A stretch of DNA of 64,000 bases, from contig OZ024740.1 in NCBI GenBank assembly GCA_964016885.1, positions 19,716,001 through 19,780,000 of the forward strand. The letters run 5' to 3'. The notes beneath the pieces are model-generated. The model did no database searches. It saw nothing but the letters and a program-made list of their open reading frames with translations, and had not been told where the DNA came from. Every line of letters begins with the position of its first letter. Positions within the stretch are counted from its first letter, which is position 1. This document shows positions 1 to 15,200 of this stretch, in pieces. A program made the translations under genes and the position numbers. This DNA comes from Eledone cirrhosa. Taxonomy: Eukaryota.

Positions 1-1589
1 CAGTGTCCTCTCGACAGCTAACAACTGATGCAGTGTCCCGACAGCTAATAACTGATGCAGTGTCCCGACAGCTAACAACTGATGCAGTGTCCCGACAGCT
101 AACAACTGATGCAGTGTCTCGACAGCTAACAACTGATGCAGTGTCTCGACAGCCAACAACTGATGCAGTGTCCTTCCGACAGCTAACAACTGATGCAGTG
201 TCCTCTCGACAGCTAACAACTGATGCAGTGATTCGACAGCTAACAACTGATGCAGTGTCCTCTCGACAGCTAACAACTGATGCAGTGATTCGACATCTAA
301 CAACTGATACAGTGTCCTCTCGACAGCTAACAACTGATGCAGTGTCCCGACAGCTAACAACTGATGCAGTGTCCTCTCGACAGCTAACAACTTATGCAGT
401 GTCCTCTCGACAGCTAACAACTGATGCAGTGTCCTCTCGACAGCTAACAACTGATGCAGTGTCCTCTCGACAGCTAACAACTGATGCAGTGTCCTCTCGA
501 CAGCTAACAACTGAAGCAGTGTCCTCTCGACAGCTAACAACTGATGCAGTGTCCCGACAGCTAACAACTGATGCAGTGTCCTCTCGACAGCTAAACACTG
601 ATGCAGTGTCCCGACAGCTAACAACTGATGCAGTGTCTCGACAGCTAACAACTGATGCAGTGTCCTCTCGACAGCTAACAACTAATGCAGTGTCCCGACA
701 GCTAACAACTGATGCAGTGTCCTCTCGACAGCTAACAACTGATGCAGTGTCCTGACAGCTGACAACTGATGCAGTGTCTCGACAGCTAACAACTGATGCA
801 GTGTCCTCTCGACAGCTAACAACAGATGCAGTGTCCCGACAGTTAACAACGGATGCAGTGGCCTCTCGACAGCTAACAACTGATGCAGTGTCCTCTCGAC
901 AGCTAACAACTGATGCAGTGTCTCGACAGCTAACAACTGATGCAGTGTCTCGACAGCTAACAACTGATGCAGTGTCTCGACAGCTAACAACTGATGCAGT
1001 GTCCTCTCGACAGCTAACAACTGATGCAGTGTCCTCTCGACAGCTAACAACTGATGCAGTGCCCGCTCGAACTCTAACAACTGATGCAGTGTCCCAACAG
1101 CTAACAACTGATGCAGTGTCTCGACAGCTAACAACTGATGCAGTGTCTCGACAGCTAACAACTGATGCAGTGTCCTCTCGACAGCTAACAACTGATGCAG
1201 TGTCTCGATAGCTAACAGCTGATGCAGTGTCCTGACAGCTGACAACTGATGCAGTGTCTCGACAGCTAACAACTGATGCAGTGTCCTCTCGACAGCTAAC
1301 AACTGATGCAGTGTCTCGACAGCTAACAACTGATGCAGTGTCTCGACAGCTAACAACTGATGCAGTGTCCCGACAGCTAACAACTGATGCAGTGTCCTCT
1401 CCACAGCTAACAACTGATGCAGTGTCCCGACAGCTGACAACTGATGCAGTGTCCTCTCGACAGCTAACAACTGATGCAGTGTCCTCTCGACAGCTAACAA
1501 TTGATGCAGTGTCTCAAGAGCTAACAACTGATGCATTGTCCCGACAGCTAACAACTGATGCAGTGTCCTCTCGACAGCTAACAACTGAT

Positions 1590-4514
1590 GCAGTGTCTCG
1601 ACAGCTAACAACTGATGCAGTGTCCTGACAGCTGACAACTGATGCAGTGCCCTCTCGACAGCTAACAACTGATGCAGTATCCTCTCGACAGCTAACAACT
1701 GATGCAGTGTCCCAACAGCTAACAACTGATGCAGTGTCTCGACAGCTAACAACTGATGCAGTGTCCTCTCGACAGCTAACAACTGATGCAGTGTCCTCTC
1801 GACAGCTAACAACTGATGCAGTGTCTCGACAGCTAACAACTGATGCAGTGTCTCGACAGCTAACAACTGATGCAGTGTCTCGACAGCTAACAACTGTTGC
1901 AGTGTCCTCTCGACAGTTAACAACTGATGCAGTGTCCTCACGACAGCTAAACACTGATGCAGTGTCCCGACAGATAACAACTGATGCAGTGTCCCGACAG
2001 CTAACAACTGATGCAGTGTCTCGACAGCTAACAACTGATGCAGTGTCCTCTCGACAGCTAACAATTGATGCAGTGTCCCGACAGCTAACAACTGATGCAG
2101 TGTCCTCTCGACAGCTAACAACTGATGCAGTGTCCTGACAGCTGATAACTGATGCAGTGTCTCGACAGCTAACAACTGATGCAGTGTCTCGACAGCTAAC
2201 AACTGATGCAGTGTCTCGACAGCTAACAACTTATGCAGTGTGCTCTCGACAGCTAACAACTGATGCAGTGTCCTCTCGACAGCTAACAACTGATGCAGTG
2301 CCCGCTCGAACTCTAACAACTGATGCAGTGTCCCAACAGCTAACAACTGATGCAGTGTCTCGACAGCTAACAACTGATGCAGTGTCTCGACAGCTAACAA
2401 CTGATGCAGTGTCCTCTCGACAGCTAACAACTGATGCAGTGTCCCGACAGCTAACAACTGATGCAGTGTCCTCTCGACAGCTAACAACTGATGCAGTGTC
2501 CCGACAGCTAACAACTGATGCAGTGTCCTCTCGACAGCTAACAACTGATGCAGTGTCCTCTCGACAGCTAACAACTGATGCAGTGTCCTCTCGACAGCTA
2601 ACAACTGATGCAGTGTCTCGACAGCTAACAGCTGATGCAGTGTCTCGACAGCTAACAACTGTTGCAGTGTCCTCTCGACAGTTAACAACTGATGCAGTGT
2701 CCTCTCGACAGCTAACAACTGATGCAGTGTCTCGACAGCTAACAACTTATGCAGTGTCCCGACAGCTATCAACTGATGCAGTGTCCTCTCGACAGCTAAC
2801 AACTGATGCAGTGTCTCGACAGCTAACAACTGATGCAGTGTCCTCTCGACAGCTAACAACTGATGCTGTGTCCCAACAGCTAACAACTAATGCAGTGTCC
2901 TCTCGACGACAGCTAACAACTGATGCAGTGATTCGACATCTAACAACTGATGCAGTGTCCTCTCAACAGCTAACATCTGATGCAGTGTCCCGACAGCTAA
3001 CAACTGATGCAGTGTCCTCTCGACAGCAAACAACTGATGCAGTGTCTCGACAGCTAACAACTGATGCAGTGTCCTGACAGCTGACAACTGATGCAGTGCC
3101 CTCTCGACAGCTAACAACTGATGCAGTATCCTCTCGACAGCTAACAACTGATGCAGTGTCCCAACAGCTAACAACTGATGCAGTGTCTCGACAGCTAACA
3201 ACTGATGCAGTGTCCTCTCGACAGCTAACAACTGATGCAGTGTCCTCTCGACAGCTAACAACTGATGCAGTGTCTCGACAGCTAACAACTGATGCAGTGT
3301 CTCGACAGCTAACAACTGATGCAGTGTCTCGACAGCTAACAACTGTTGCAGTGTCCTCTCGACAGTTAACAACTGATGCAGTGTCCTCACGACAGCTAAA
3401 CACTGATGCAGTGTCCCGACAGATAACAACTGATGCAGTGTCCCGACAGCTAACAACTGATGCAGTGTCTCGACAGCTAACAACTGATGCAGTGTCCTCT
3501 CGACAGCTAACAACTGATGCAGTGTCCCGACAGCTAACAACTGATGCAGTGTCCTCTCGACAGCTAACAACTGATGCAGTGTCCTGACAGCTGATAACTG
3601 ATGCAGTGTCTCGACAGCTAACAACTGATGCAGTGTCTCGACAGCTAACAACTGATGCAGTGTCTCGACAGCTAACAACTTATGCAGTGTGCTCTCGACA
3701 GCTAACAACTGATGCAGTGTCCTCTCGACAGCTAACAACTGATGCAGTGCCCGCTCGAACTCTAACAACTGATGCAGTGTCCCAACAGCTAACAACTGAT
3801 GCAGTGTCTCGACAGCTAACAACTGATGCAGTGTCTCGACAGCTAACAACTGATGCAGTGTCCTCTCGACAGCTAACAACTGATGCAGTGTCCCGACAGC
3901 TAACAACTGATGCAGTGTCCTCTCGACAGCTAACAACTGATGCAGTGTCCCGACAGCTAACAACTGATGCAGTGTCCTCTCGACAGCTAACAACTGATGC
4001 AGTGTCCTCTCGACAGCTAACAACTGATGCAGTGTCCTCTCGACAGCTAACAACTGATGCAGTGTCTCGACAGCTAACAACTGATGCAGTGTCTCGACAG
4101 CTAACAGCTGATGCAGTGTCTCGACAGCTAACAACTGTTGCAGTGTCCTCTCGACAGTTAACAACTGATGCAGTGTCCTCTCGACAGCTAACAACTGATG
4201 CAGTGTCTCGACAGCTAACAACTTATGCAGTGTCCCGACAGCTATCAACTGATGCAGTGTCCTCTCGACAGCTAACAACTGATGCAGTGTCTCGACAGCT
4301 AACAACTGATGCAGTGTCCTCTCGACAGCTAACAACTGATGCTGTGTCCCAACAGCTAACAACTAATGCAGTGTCCTCTCGACGACAGCTAACAACTGAT
4401 GCAGTGATTCGACATCTAACAACTGATGCAGTGTCCTCTCAACAGCTAACATCTGATGCAGTGTCCCGACAGCTAACAACTGATGCAGTGTCCTCTCGAC
4501 AGCAAACAACTGAT
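1590..4514 (+). repeat. Tandem duplication, unit about 1449-1476 bp
   Basis: TGA markers 1628->3077 and 2138->3587 are offset by 1449. The CGACGAC marker 2904->4380 is offset by 1476, one extra 27-mer. Ends are approximate. Confidence 0.85.
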
Positions 4515-5598
4515 GCAGTATCCCGACAGCTAACAACTGATGCAGTGTCCTCTCGACAGCTAACAACTGATGCAGTGTCCTCTCGACAGCTAACAACTGA
4601 TGCAGTGTCCCGACAGCTAACAACTGATGCAGTGTCCTCTCGACAGCTAACAACTGATGCAGTGTCCCGACAGCTAACAACTGATGCAGTGTCCCAACAG
4701 CTAACAACTGATGCAGTGTCTCGACAGCTAACAACTGATGCAGTGTCTCGACAGCTAACAACTGATGCAGTGTCCTCTCGACAGCTAACAACTGATGCAG
4801 TGTCCCGACAGCTAACAACTGATGCAGTGTCCTCTCGACAGCTAACAACTGATGCAGTGTCCCGACAGCTAACAACTGATGCAGTGTCCTCTCGACAGCT
4901 AACAACTGATGCAGTGTCCTCTCGACAGCTAACAACTGATGCAGTGTCCTCTCGACAGCTAACAACTGATGCAGTGTCTCGACAGCTAACAACTGATGCA
5001 GTGTCTCGACAGCTAACAGCTGATGCAGTGTCTCGACAGCTAACAACTGTTGCAGTGTCCTCTCGACAGTTAACAACTGATGCAGTGTCCTCTCGACAGC
5101 TAACAACTGATGCAGTGTCTCGACAGCTAACAACTTATGCAGTGTCCCGACAGCTATCAACTGATGCAGTGTCCTCTCGACAGCTAACAACTGATGCAGT
5201 GTCTCGACAGCTAACAACTGATGCAGTGTCCTCTCGACAGCTAACAACTGATGCTGTGTCCCAACAGCTAACAACTAATGCAGTGTCCTCTCGACGACAG
5301 CTAACAACTGATGCAGTGATTCGACATCTAACAACTGATGCAGTGTCCTCTCAACAGCTAACATCTGATGCAGTGTCCCGACAGCTAACAACTGATGCAG
5401 TGTCCTCTCGACAGCAAACAACTGATGCAGTATCTCGACAGCTAACAACTGATGCAGTGTCCTCTCGACAGCTAACAACTGATGCAGTGTCCTCTCGACA
5501 GCTAACAACTGATGCAGTGTCCCGACAGCTAACAACTGATGCAGTGTCCTCTCGACAGCTAACAACTGATGCAGTGTCCCGACAGCTAATAACTGATG
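3775..5598 (+). repeat. Tandem duplication, unit 912 bp
   Basis: CCCAACAG 3781->4693 and CGACGAC 4380->5292 are both offset by 912, with the same marker order. Ends are approximate. Confidence 0.8.
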
Positions 5599-6266
5599 CA
5601 GTGTCCCGACAGCTAACAACTGATGCAGTGTCCCGACAGCTAACAACTGATGCAGTGTCTCGACAGCTAACAACTGATGCAGTGTCTCGACAGCTAACAA
5701 CTGATGCAGTGTCCTTCCGACAGCTAACAACTGATGCAGTGTCCTCTCGACAGCTAACAACTGATGCAGTGATTCGACAGCTAACAACTGATGCAGTGTC
5801 CTCTCGACAGCTAACAACTGATGCAGTGTCCCGACAGCTAACAACTGATGCAGTGTCCTCTCGACAGCTAACAACTGATGCAGTGTCCTCTCGACAGCTA
5901 ACAACTGATGCAGTGTCCTCTCGACAGCTAACAACTGATGCAGTGTCCTCTCGACAGCTAACAACTGATGCAGTGTCCTCTCGACAGCTAACAACTGATG
6001 CAGTGTCCTCTCGACAGCTAACAACTGATGCAGTGTCCCGACAGCTAACAACTGATGCAGTGTCCTCTCGACAGCTAAACACTGATGCAGTGTCCCGACA
6101 GCTAACAACTGATGCAGAGTCCCGACAGATAACACCTGATGCAGTGTCTCGACAGCTAACAACTGATGCAGTGTCCTCTCGACAGCTAACAACTAATGCA
6201 GTGTCCCGACAGCTAACAACTGATGCAGTGTCCTCTCGACAGCTAACAACTGATGCAGTGTCCTGA

Positions 6267-9200
6267 CAGCTGACAACTGATGCAGTGTCTCGACAGCTAA
6301 CAACTGATGCAGTGTCCTCTCGACAGCTAACAATAGATGCAGTGTCCCGACAGCTAACAACGGATGCAGTGGCATCTCGACAGCTAACAACTGATGCAGT
6401 GTCCTCTCGACAGCTAACAACTGATGCAGTGTCTCGACAGCTAACAACTGATGCAGTGTCTCGACAGCTAACAACTGATGCAGTGTCCTCTCGACAGCTA
6501 ACAACTGAAACAGTGTCCTCTCGACAGCTAACAACTGATGCAGTGTCCCGACAGCTAACAACTGATGCAGTGTCCTCTCGACAGCTAAACACTGATGCAG
6601 TGTCCCGACAGCTAACAACTGATGCAGTGTCTCGACAGCTAACAACTGATGCAGTGTCCTCTCGACAGCTAACAACTAATGCAGTGTCCCGACAGCTAAC
6701 AACTGATGCAGTGTCCTCTCGACAGCTAACAACTGATGCAGTGTCCTGACAGCTGACAACTGATGCAGTGTCTCGACAGCTAACAACTGATGCAGTGTCC
6801 TCTCGACAGCTAACAACAGATGCAGTGTCCCGACAGTTAACAACGGATGCAGTGGCCTCTCGACAGCTAACAACTGATGCAGTGTCCTCTCGACAGCTAA
6901 CAACTGATGCAGTGTCTCGACAGCTAACAACTGATGCAGTGTCTCGACAGCTAACAACTGATGCAGTGTCTCGACAGCTAACAACTGATGCAGTGTCCTC
7001 TCGACAGCTAACAACTGATGCAGTGTCCTCTCGACAGCTAACAACTGATGCAGTGCCCGCTCGAACTCTAACAACTGATGCAGTGTCCCAACAGCTAACA
7101 ACTGATGCAGTGTCTCGACAGCTAACAACTGATGCAGTGTCTCGACAGCTAACAACTGATGCAGTGTCCTCTCGACAGCTAACAACTGATGCAGTGTCTC
7201 GATAGCTAACAGCTGATGCAGTGTCCTGACAGCTGACAACTGATGCAGTGTCTCGACAGCTAACAACTGATGCAGTGTCCTCTCGACAGCTAACAACTGA
7301 TGCAGTGTCTCGACAGCTAACAACTGATGCAGTGTCTCGACAGCTAACAACTGATGCAGTGTCCCGACAGCTAACAACTGATGCAGTGTCCTCTCCACAG
7401 CTAACAACTGATGCAGTGTCCCGACAGCTGACAACTGATGCAGTGTCCTCTCGACAGCTAACAACTGATGCAGTGTCCACTCGACAGCTAACAATTGATG
7501 CAGTGTCTCAAGAGCTAACAACTGATGCATTGTCCCGACAGCTAACAACTGATGCAGTGTCCTCTCGACAGCTAACAACTGATGCAGTGTCTCGACATCT
7601 AACAACTGATGCAGTGTCCTGACAGCTGACAACTGATGCAGTGCCCTCTCGACAGCTAACAACTGATGCAGTATCCTCTCGACAGCTAACAACTGATGCA
7701 GTGTCCCAACAGCTAACAACTGATGCAGTGTCTCGACAGCTAACAACTGATGCAGTGTCCTCTCGACAGCTAACAACTGATGCAGTGTCCTCTCGACAGC
7801 TAACAACTGATGCAGTGTCTCGACAGCTAACAACTGATGCAGTGTCTCGACAGCTAACAACTGATGCAGTGTCTCGACAGCTAACAACTGTTGCAGTGTC
7901 CTCTCGACAGTTAACAACTGATGCAGTGTCCTCACGACAGCTAAACACTGATGCAGTGTCCCGACAGATAACAACTGATGCAGTGTCCCGACAGCTAACA
8001 ACTGATGCAGTGTCTCGACAGCTAACAACTGATGCAGTGTCCTCTCGACAGCTAACAACTGATGCAGTGTCCCGACAGCTAACAACTGATGCAGTGTCCT
8101 CTCGACAGCTAACAACTGATGCAGTGTCCTGACAGCTGACAACTGATGCAGTGTCTCGACAGCTAACAACTGATGCAGTGTCTCGACAGCTAACAACTGA
8201 TGCAGTGTCTCGACAGCTAACAACTTATGCAGTGTGCTCTCGACAGCTAACAACTGATGCAGTGTCCTCTCGACAGCTAACAACTGATGCAGTGCCCGCT
8301 CGACCTCTAACAACTGATGCAGTGTCCCAACAGCTAACAACTGATGCAGTGTCTCGACAGCTAACAACTGATGCAGTGTCTCGACAGCTAACAACTGATG
8401 CAGTGTCCTCTCGACAGCTAACAACTGATGCAGTGTCCCGACAGCTAACAACTGATGCAGTGTCCTCTCGACAGCTAACAACTGATGCAGTGTCCCGACA
8501 GCTAACAACTGATGCAGTGTCCTCTCGACAGCTAACAACTGATGCAGTGTCCTCTCGACAGCTAACAACTGATGCAGTGTCTCAAGAGCTAACAACTAAT
8601 GCAGTGTGCCGACAGCTAACAACTGATGCAGTGTCCTCTCGACAGCTAACAACTGATGCAGTGTCTCGACAGCTAACAACTGATGCAGTGTCTCGACAGC
8701 TAATAACTGATGCAGTGTCCTCTCGACAGCTAACAACTGATGCAGTGTCTCGACAGCTAACAACTGATGCAGTGTCTCGACAGCTAACAACTGATGCAGT
8801 GTCCCGACAGCTAACAACTGATGCAGTGTCCTCTCGACAGCTAACAACTGATGCAGTGTCCCGACAGCTGACAACTGATGCAGTGTCCTCTCGACAGCTA
8901 ACAACTGATGCAGTGTCCTCTCGACAGCTAACAATTGATGCAGTGTCTCAAGAGCTAACAACTGATGCAGTGTCCCGACAGCTAACAACTGATGCAGTGT
9001 CCTCTCGACAGCTAACAACTGATGCAGTGTCTCGACAGCTAACAACTGATGCAGTGTCCTGACAGCTGACAACTGATGCAGTGTCCTCTCGACAGCTAAC
9101 AACTGATGCAGTATCCTCTCGACAGCTAACAACTGATGCAGTATCCCAACAGCTAACAACTGATGCAGTGTCTCGACAGCTAACAACTGATGCAGTGTCC

Positions 9201-12200
9201 TCTCGACAGCTAACAACTGATGCAGTGTCCTCTCGACAGCTAACAACTGATGCAGTGTCTCGACAGCTAACAACTGATGCAGTGTCTCGACAGCTAACAG
9301 CTGATGCAGTGTCTCGACAGCTAACAACTGTTGCAGTGTCCTCTCGACAGTTAACAACTGATGCAGTGTCCTCTCGACAGCTAACAACTGATGCAGTGTC
9401 TCGACAGCTAACAACTTATGCAGTGTCCCGACAGCTATCAACTGATGCAGTGTCCTCTCGACAGCTAACAACTGATGCAGTGTCTCGACAGCTAACAACT
9501 GATGCAGTGTCCTCTCGACAGCTAACAACTGATGCTGTGTCCCAACAGCTAACAACTAATGCAGTGTCCTCTCGACGACAGCTAACAACTGATGCAGTGA
9601 TTCGACATCTAACAACTGATGCAGTGTCCTCTCAACAGCTAACAACTGATGCAGTGTCCCGACAGCTAACAACTGATGCAGTGTCCTCTCGACAGCAAAC
9701 AACTGATGCAGTATCCCGACAGCTAACAACTGATGCAGTGTCCTCTCGACAGCTAACAACTGATGCAGTGTCCTCTCGACAGCTAACAACTGATGCAGTG
9801 TCCCGACAGCTAACAACTGATGCAGTGTCCTCTCGACAGCTAACAACTGATGCAGTGTCCCGACAGCTAATAACTGATGCAGTGTCCCGACAGCTAACAA
9901 CTGATGCAGTGTCCCGACAGCTAACAACTGATGCAGTGTCTCGACAGCTAACAACTGATGCAGTGTCTCGACAGCTAACAACTGATGCAGTGTCCTTCCG
10001 ACAGCTAACAACTGATGCAGTGTCCTCTCGACAGCTAACAACTGATGCAGTGATTCGACAGCTAACAACTGATGCAGTGTCCTCTCGACAGCTAACAACT
10101 GATGCAGTGTCCCGACAGCTAACAACTGATGCAGTGTCCTCTCGACAGCTAACAACTGATGCAGTGTCCTCTCGACAGCTAACAACTGATGCAGTGTCCT
10201 CTCGACAGCTAACAACTGATGCAGTGTCCTCTCGACAGCTAACAACTGATGCAGTGTCCTCTCGACAGCTAACAACTGATGCAGTGTCCTCTCGACAGCT
10301 AACAACTGATGCAGTGTCCCGACAGCTAACAACTGATGCAGTGTCCTCTCGACAGCTAAACACTGATGCAGTGTCCCGACAGCTAACAACTGATGCAGAG
10401 TCCCGACAGATAACACCTGATGCAGTGTCTCGACAGCTAACAACTGATGCAGTGTCCTCTCGACAGCTAACAACTAATGCAGTGTCCCGACAGCTAACAA
10501 CTGATGCAGTGTCCTCTCGACAGCTAACAACTGATGCAGTGTCCTGACAGCTGACAACTGATGCAGTGTCTCGACAGCTAACAACTGATGCAGTGTCCTC
10601 TCGACAGCTAACAATAGATGCAGTGTCCCGACAGCTAACAACGGATGCAGTGGCCTCTCGACAGCTAACAACTGATGCAGTGTCCTCTCGACAGCTAACA
10701 ACTGATGCAGTGTCTCGACAGCTAACAACTGATGCAGTGTCTCGACAGCTAACAACTGATGCAGTGTCCTCTCGACAGCTAACAACTGATGCAGTGTCCT
10801 CTCGACAGCTAACAACTGATGCAGTGTCTCGACAGCTAACAACTGATGCAGTGTCTCGACAGCTAACAACTGATGCAGTGTCTCGACAGCTAACAACTGT
10901 TGCAGTGTCCTCTCGACAGTTAACAACTGATGCAGTGTCCTCACGACAGCTAAACACTGATGCAGTGTCCCGACAGATAACAACTGATGCAGTGTCCCGA
11001 CAGCTAACAACTGATGCAGTGTCTCGACAGCTAACAACTGATGCAGTGTCCTCTCGACAGCTAACAACTGATGCAGTGTCCCGACAGCTAACAACTGATG
11101 CAGTGTCCTCTCGACAGCTAACAACTGATGCAGTGTCCTGACAGCTGACAACTGATGCAGTGTCTCGACAGCTAACAACTGATGCAGTGTCTCGACAGCT
11201 AACAACTGATGCAGTGTCTCGACAGCTAACAACTTATGCAGTGTGCTCTCGACAGCTAACAACTGATGCAGTGTCCTCTCGACAGCTAACAACTGATGCA
11301 GTGCCCGCTCGATCTCTAACAACTGATGCAGTGTCCCAACAGCTAACAACTGATGCAGTGTCTCGACAGCTAACAACTGATGCAGTGTCTCGACAGCTAA
11401 CAACTGATGCAGTGTCCTCTCGACAGCTAACAACTGATGCAGTGTCCCGACAGCTAACAACTGATGCAGTGTCCTCTCGACAGCTAACAACTGATGCAGT
11501 GTCCCGACAGCTAACAACTGATGCAGTGTCCTCTCGACAGCTAACAACTGATGCAGTGTCCTCTCGACAGCTAACAACTGATGCAGTGTCTCAAGAGCTA
11601 ACAACTAATGCAGTGTGCCGACAGCTAACAACTGATGCAGTGTCCTCTCGACAGCTAACAACTGATGCAGTGTCTCGACAGCTAACAACTGATGCAGTGT
11701 CTCGACAGCTAATAACTGATGCAGTGTCCTCTCGACAGCTAACAACTGATGCAGTGTCTCGACAGCTAACAACTGATGCAGTGTCTCGACAGCTAACAAC
11801 TGATGCAGTGTCCCGACAGCTAACAACTGATGCAGTGTCCTCTCGACAGCTAACAACTGATGCAGTGTCCCGACAGCTGACAACTGATGCAGTGTCCTCT
11901 CGACAGCTAACAACTGATGCAGTGTCCTCTCGACAGCTAACAATTGATGCAGTGTCTCAAGAGCTAACAACTGATGCAGTGTCCCGACAGCTAACAACTG
12001 ATGCAGTGTCCTCTCGACAGCTAACAACTGATGCAGTGTCTCGACAGCTAACAACTGATGCAGTGTCCTGACAGCTGACAACTGATGCAGTGTCCTCTCG
12101 ACAGCTAACAACTGATGCAGTATCCTCTCGACAGCTAACAACTGATGCAGTATCCCAACAGCTAACAACTGATGCAGTGTCTCGACAGCTAACAACTGAT

Positions 12201-15200
12201 GCAGTGTCCTCTCGACAGCTAACAACTGATGCAGTGTCCTCTCGACAGCTAACAACTGATGCAGTGTCTCGACAGCTAACAACTGATGCAGTGTCTCGAC
12301 AGCTAACAGCTGATGCAGTGTCTCGACAGCTAACAACTGTTGCAGTGTCCTCTCGACAGTTAACAACTGATGCAGTGTCCTCTCGACAGCTAACAACTGA
12401 TGCAGTGTCTCGACAGCTAACAACTTATGCAGTGTCCCGACAGCTATCAACTGATGCAGTGTCCTCTCGACAGCTAACAACTGATGCAGTGTCTCGACAG
12501 CTAACAACTGATGCAGTGTCCTCTCGACAGCTAACAACTGATGCTGTGTCCCAACAGCTAACAACTAATGCAGTGTCCTCTCGACGACAGCTAACAACTG
12601 ATGCAGTGATTCGACATCTAACAACTGATGCAGTGTCCTCTCAACAGCTAACAACTGATGCAGTGTCCCGACAGCTAACAACTGATGCAGTGTCCTCTCG
12701 ACAGCAAACAACTGATGCAGTATCCCGACAGCTAACAACTGATGCAGTGTCCTCTCGACAGCTAACAACTGATGCAGTGTCCTCTCGACAGCTAACAACT
12801 GATGCAGTGTCCCGACAGCTAACAACTGATGCAGTGTCCTCTCGACAGCTAACAACTGATGCAGTGTCCCGACAGCTAATAACTGATGCAGTGTCCCGAC
12901 AGCTAACAACTGATGCAGTGTCCCGACAGCTAACAACTGATGCAGTGTCTCGACAGCTAACAACTGATGCAGTGTCTCGACAGCTAACAACTGATGCAGT
13001 GTCCTTCCGACAGCTAACAACTGATGCAGTGTCCTCTCGACAGCTAACAACTGATGCAGTGATTCGACAGCTAACAACTGATGCAGTGTCCTCTCGACAG
13101 CTAACAACTGATGCAGTGTCCCGACAGCTAACAACTGATGCAGTGTCCTCTCGACAGCTAACAACTGATGCAGTGTCCTCTCGACAGCTAACAACTGATG
13201 CAGTGTCCTCTCGACAGCTAACAACTGATGCAGTGTCCTCTCGACAGCTAACAACTGATGCAGTGTCCTCTCGACAGCTAACAACTGATGCAGTGTCCCG
13301 ACAGCTAACAACTGATGCAGTGTCCTCTCGACAGCTAAACACTGATGCAGTGTCCCGACAGCTAACAACTGATGCAGAGTCCCGACAGATAACACCTGAT
13401 GCAGTGTCTCGACAGCTAACAACTGATGCAGTGTCCTCTCGACAGCTAACAACTAATGCAGTGTCCCGACAGCTAACAACTGATGCAGTGTCCTCTCGAC
13501 AGCTAACAACTGATGCAGTGTCCTGACAGCTGACAACTGATGCAGTGTCTCGACAGCTAACAACTGATGCAGTGTCCTCTCGACAGCTAACAATAGATGC
13601 AGTGTCCCGACAGCTAACAACGGATGCAGTGGCCTCTCGACAGCTAACAACTGATGCAGTGTCCTCTCGACAGCTAACAACTGATGCAGTGTCTCGACAG
13701 CTAACAACTGATGCAGTGTCTCGACAGCTAACAACTGATGCAGTGTCCTCTCGACAGCTAACAACTGAAACAGTGTCCTCTCGACAGCTAACAACTGATG
13801 CAGTGTCCCGACAGCTAACAACTGATGCAGTGTCCTCTCGACAGCTAAACACTGATGCAGTGTCCCGACAGCTAACAACTGATGCAGTGTCTCGACAGCT
13901 AACAACTGATGCAGTGTCCTCTCGACAGCTAACAACTAATGCAGTGTCCCGACAGCTAACAACTGATGCAGTGTCCTCTCGACAGCTAACAACTGATGCA
14001 GTGTCCTGACAGCTGACAACTGATGCAGTGTCTCGACAGCTAACAACTGATGCAGTGTCCTCTCGACAGCTAACAACAGATGCAGTGTCCCGACAGTTAA
14101 CAACGGATGCAGTGGCCTCTCGACAGCTAACAACTGATGCAGTGTCCTCTCGACAGCTAACAACTGATGCAGTGTCTCGACAGCTAACAACTGATGCAGT
14201 GTCTCGACAGCTAACAACTGATGCAGTGTCTCGACAGCTAACAACTGATGCAGTGTCCTCTCGACAGCTAACAACTGATGCAGTGTCCTCTCGACAGCTA
14301 ACAACTGATGCAGTGCCCGCTCGAACTCTAACAACTGATGCAGTGTCCCAACAGCTAACAACTGATGCAGTGTCTCGACAGCTAACAACTGATGCAGTGT
14401 CTCGACAGCTAACAACTGATGCAGTGTCCTCTCGACAGCTAACAACTGATGCAGTGTCTCGATAGCTAACAGCTGATGCAGTGTCCTGACAGCTGACAAC
14501 TGATGCAGTGTCTCGACAGCTAACAACTGATGCAGTGTCCTCTCGACAGCTAACAACTGATGCAGTGTCTCGACAGCTAACAACTGATGCAGTGTCTCGA
14601 CAGCTAACAACTGATGCAGTGTCCCGACAGCTAACAACTGATGCAGTGTCCTCTCCACAGCTAACAACTGATGCAGTGTCCCGACAGCTGACAACTGATG
14701 CAGTGTCCTCTCGACAGCTAACAACTGATGCAGTGTCCACTCGACAGCTAACAATTGATGCAGTGTCTCAAGAGCTAACAACTGATGCATTGTCCCGACA
14801 GCTAACAACTGATGCAGTGTCCTCTCGACAGCTAACAACTGATGCAGTGTCTCGACATCTAACAACTGATGCAGTGTCCTGACAGCTGACAACTGATGCA
14901 GTGCCCTCTCGACAGCTAACAACTGATGCAGTATCCTCTCGACAGCTAACAACTGATGCAGTGTCCCAACAGCTAACAACTGATGCAGTGTCTCGACAGC
15001 TAACAACTGATGCAGTGTCCTCTCGACAGCTAACAACTGATGCAGTGTCCTCTCGACAGCTAACAACTGATGCAGTGTCTCGACAGCTAACAACTGATGC
15101 AGTGTCTCGACAGCTAACAACTGATGCAGTGTCTCGACAGCTAACAACTGTTGCAGTGTCCTCTCGACAGTTAACAACTGATGCAGTGTCCTCACGACAG

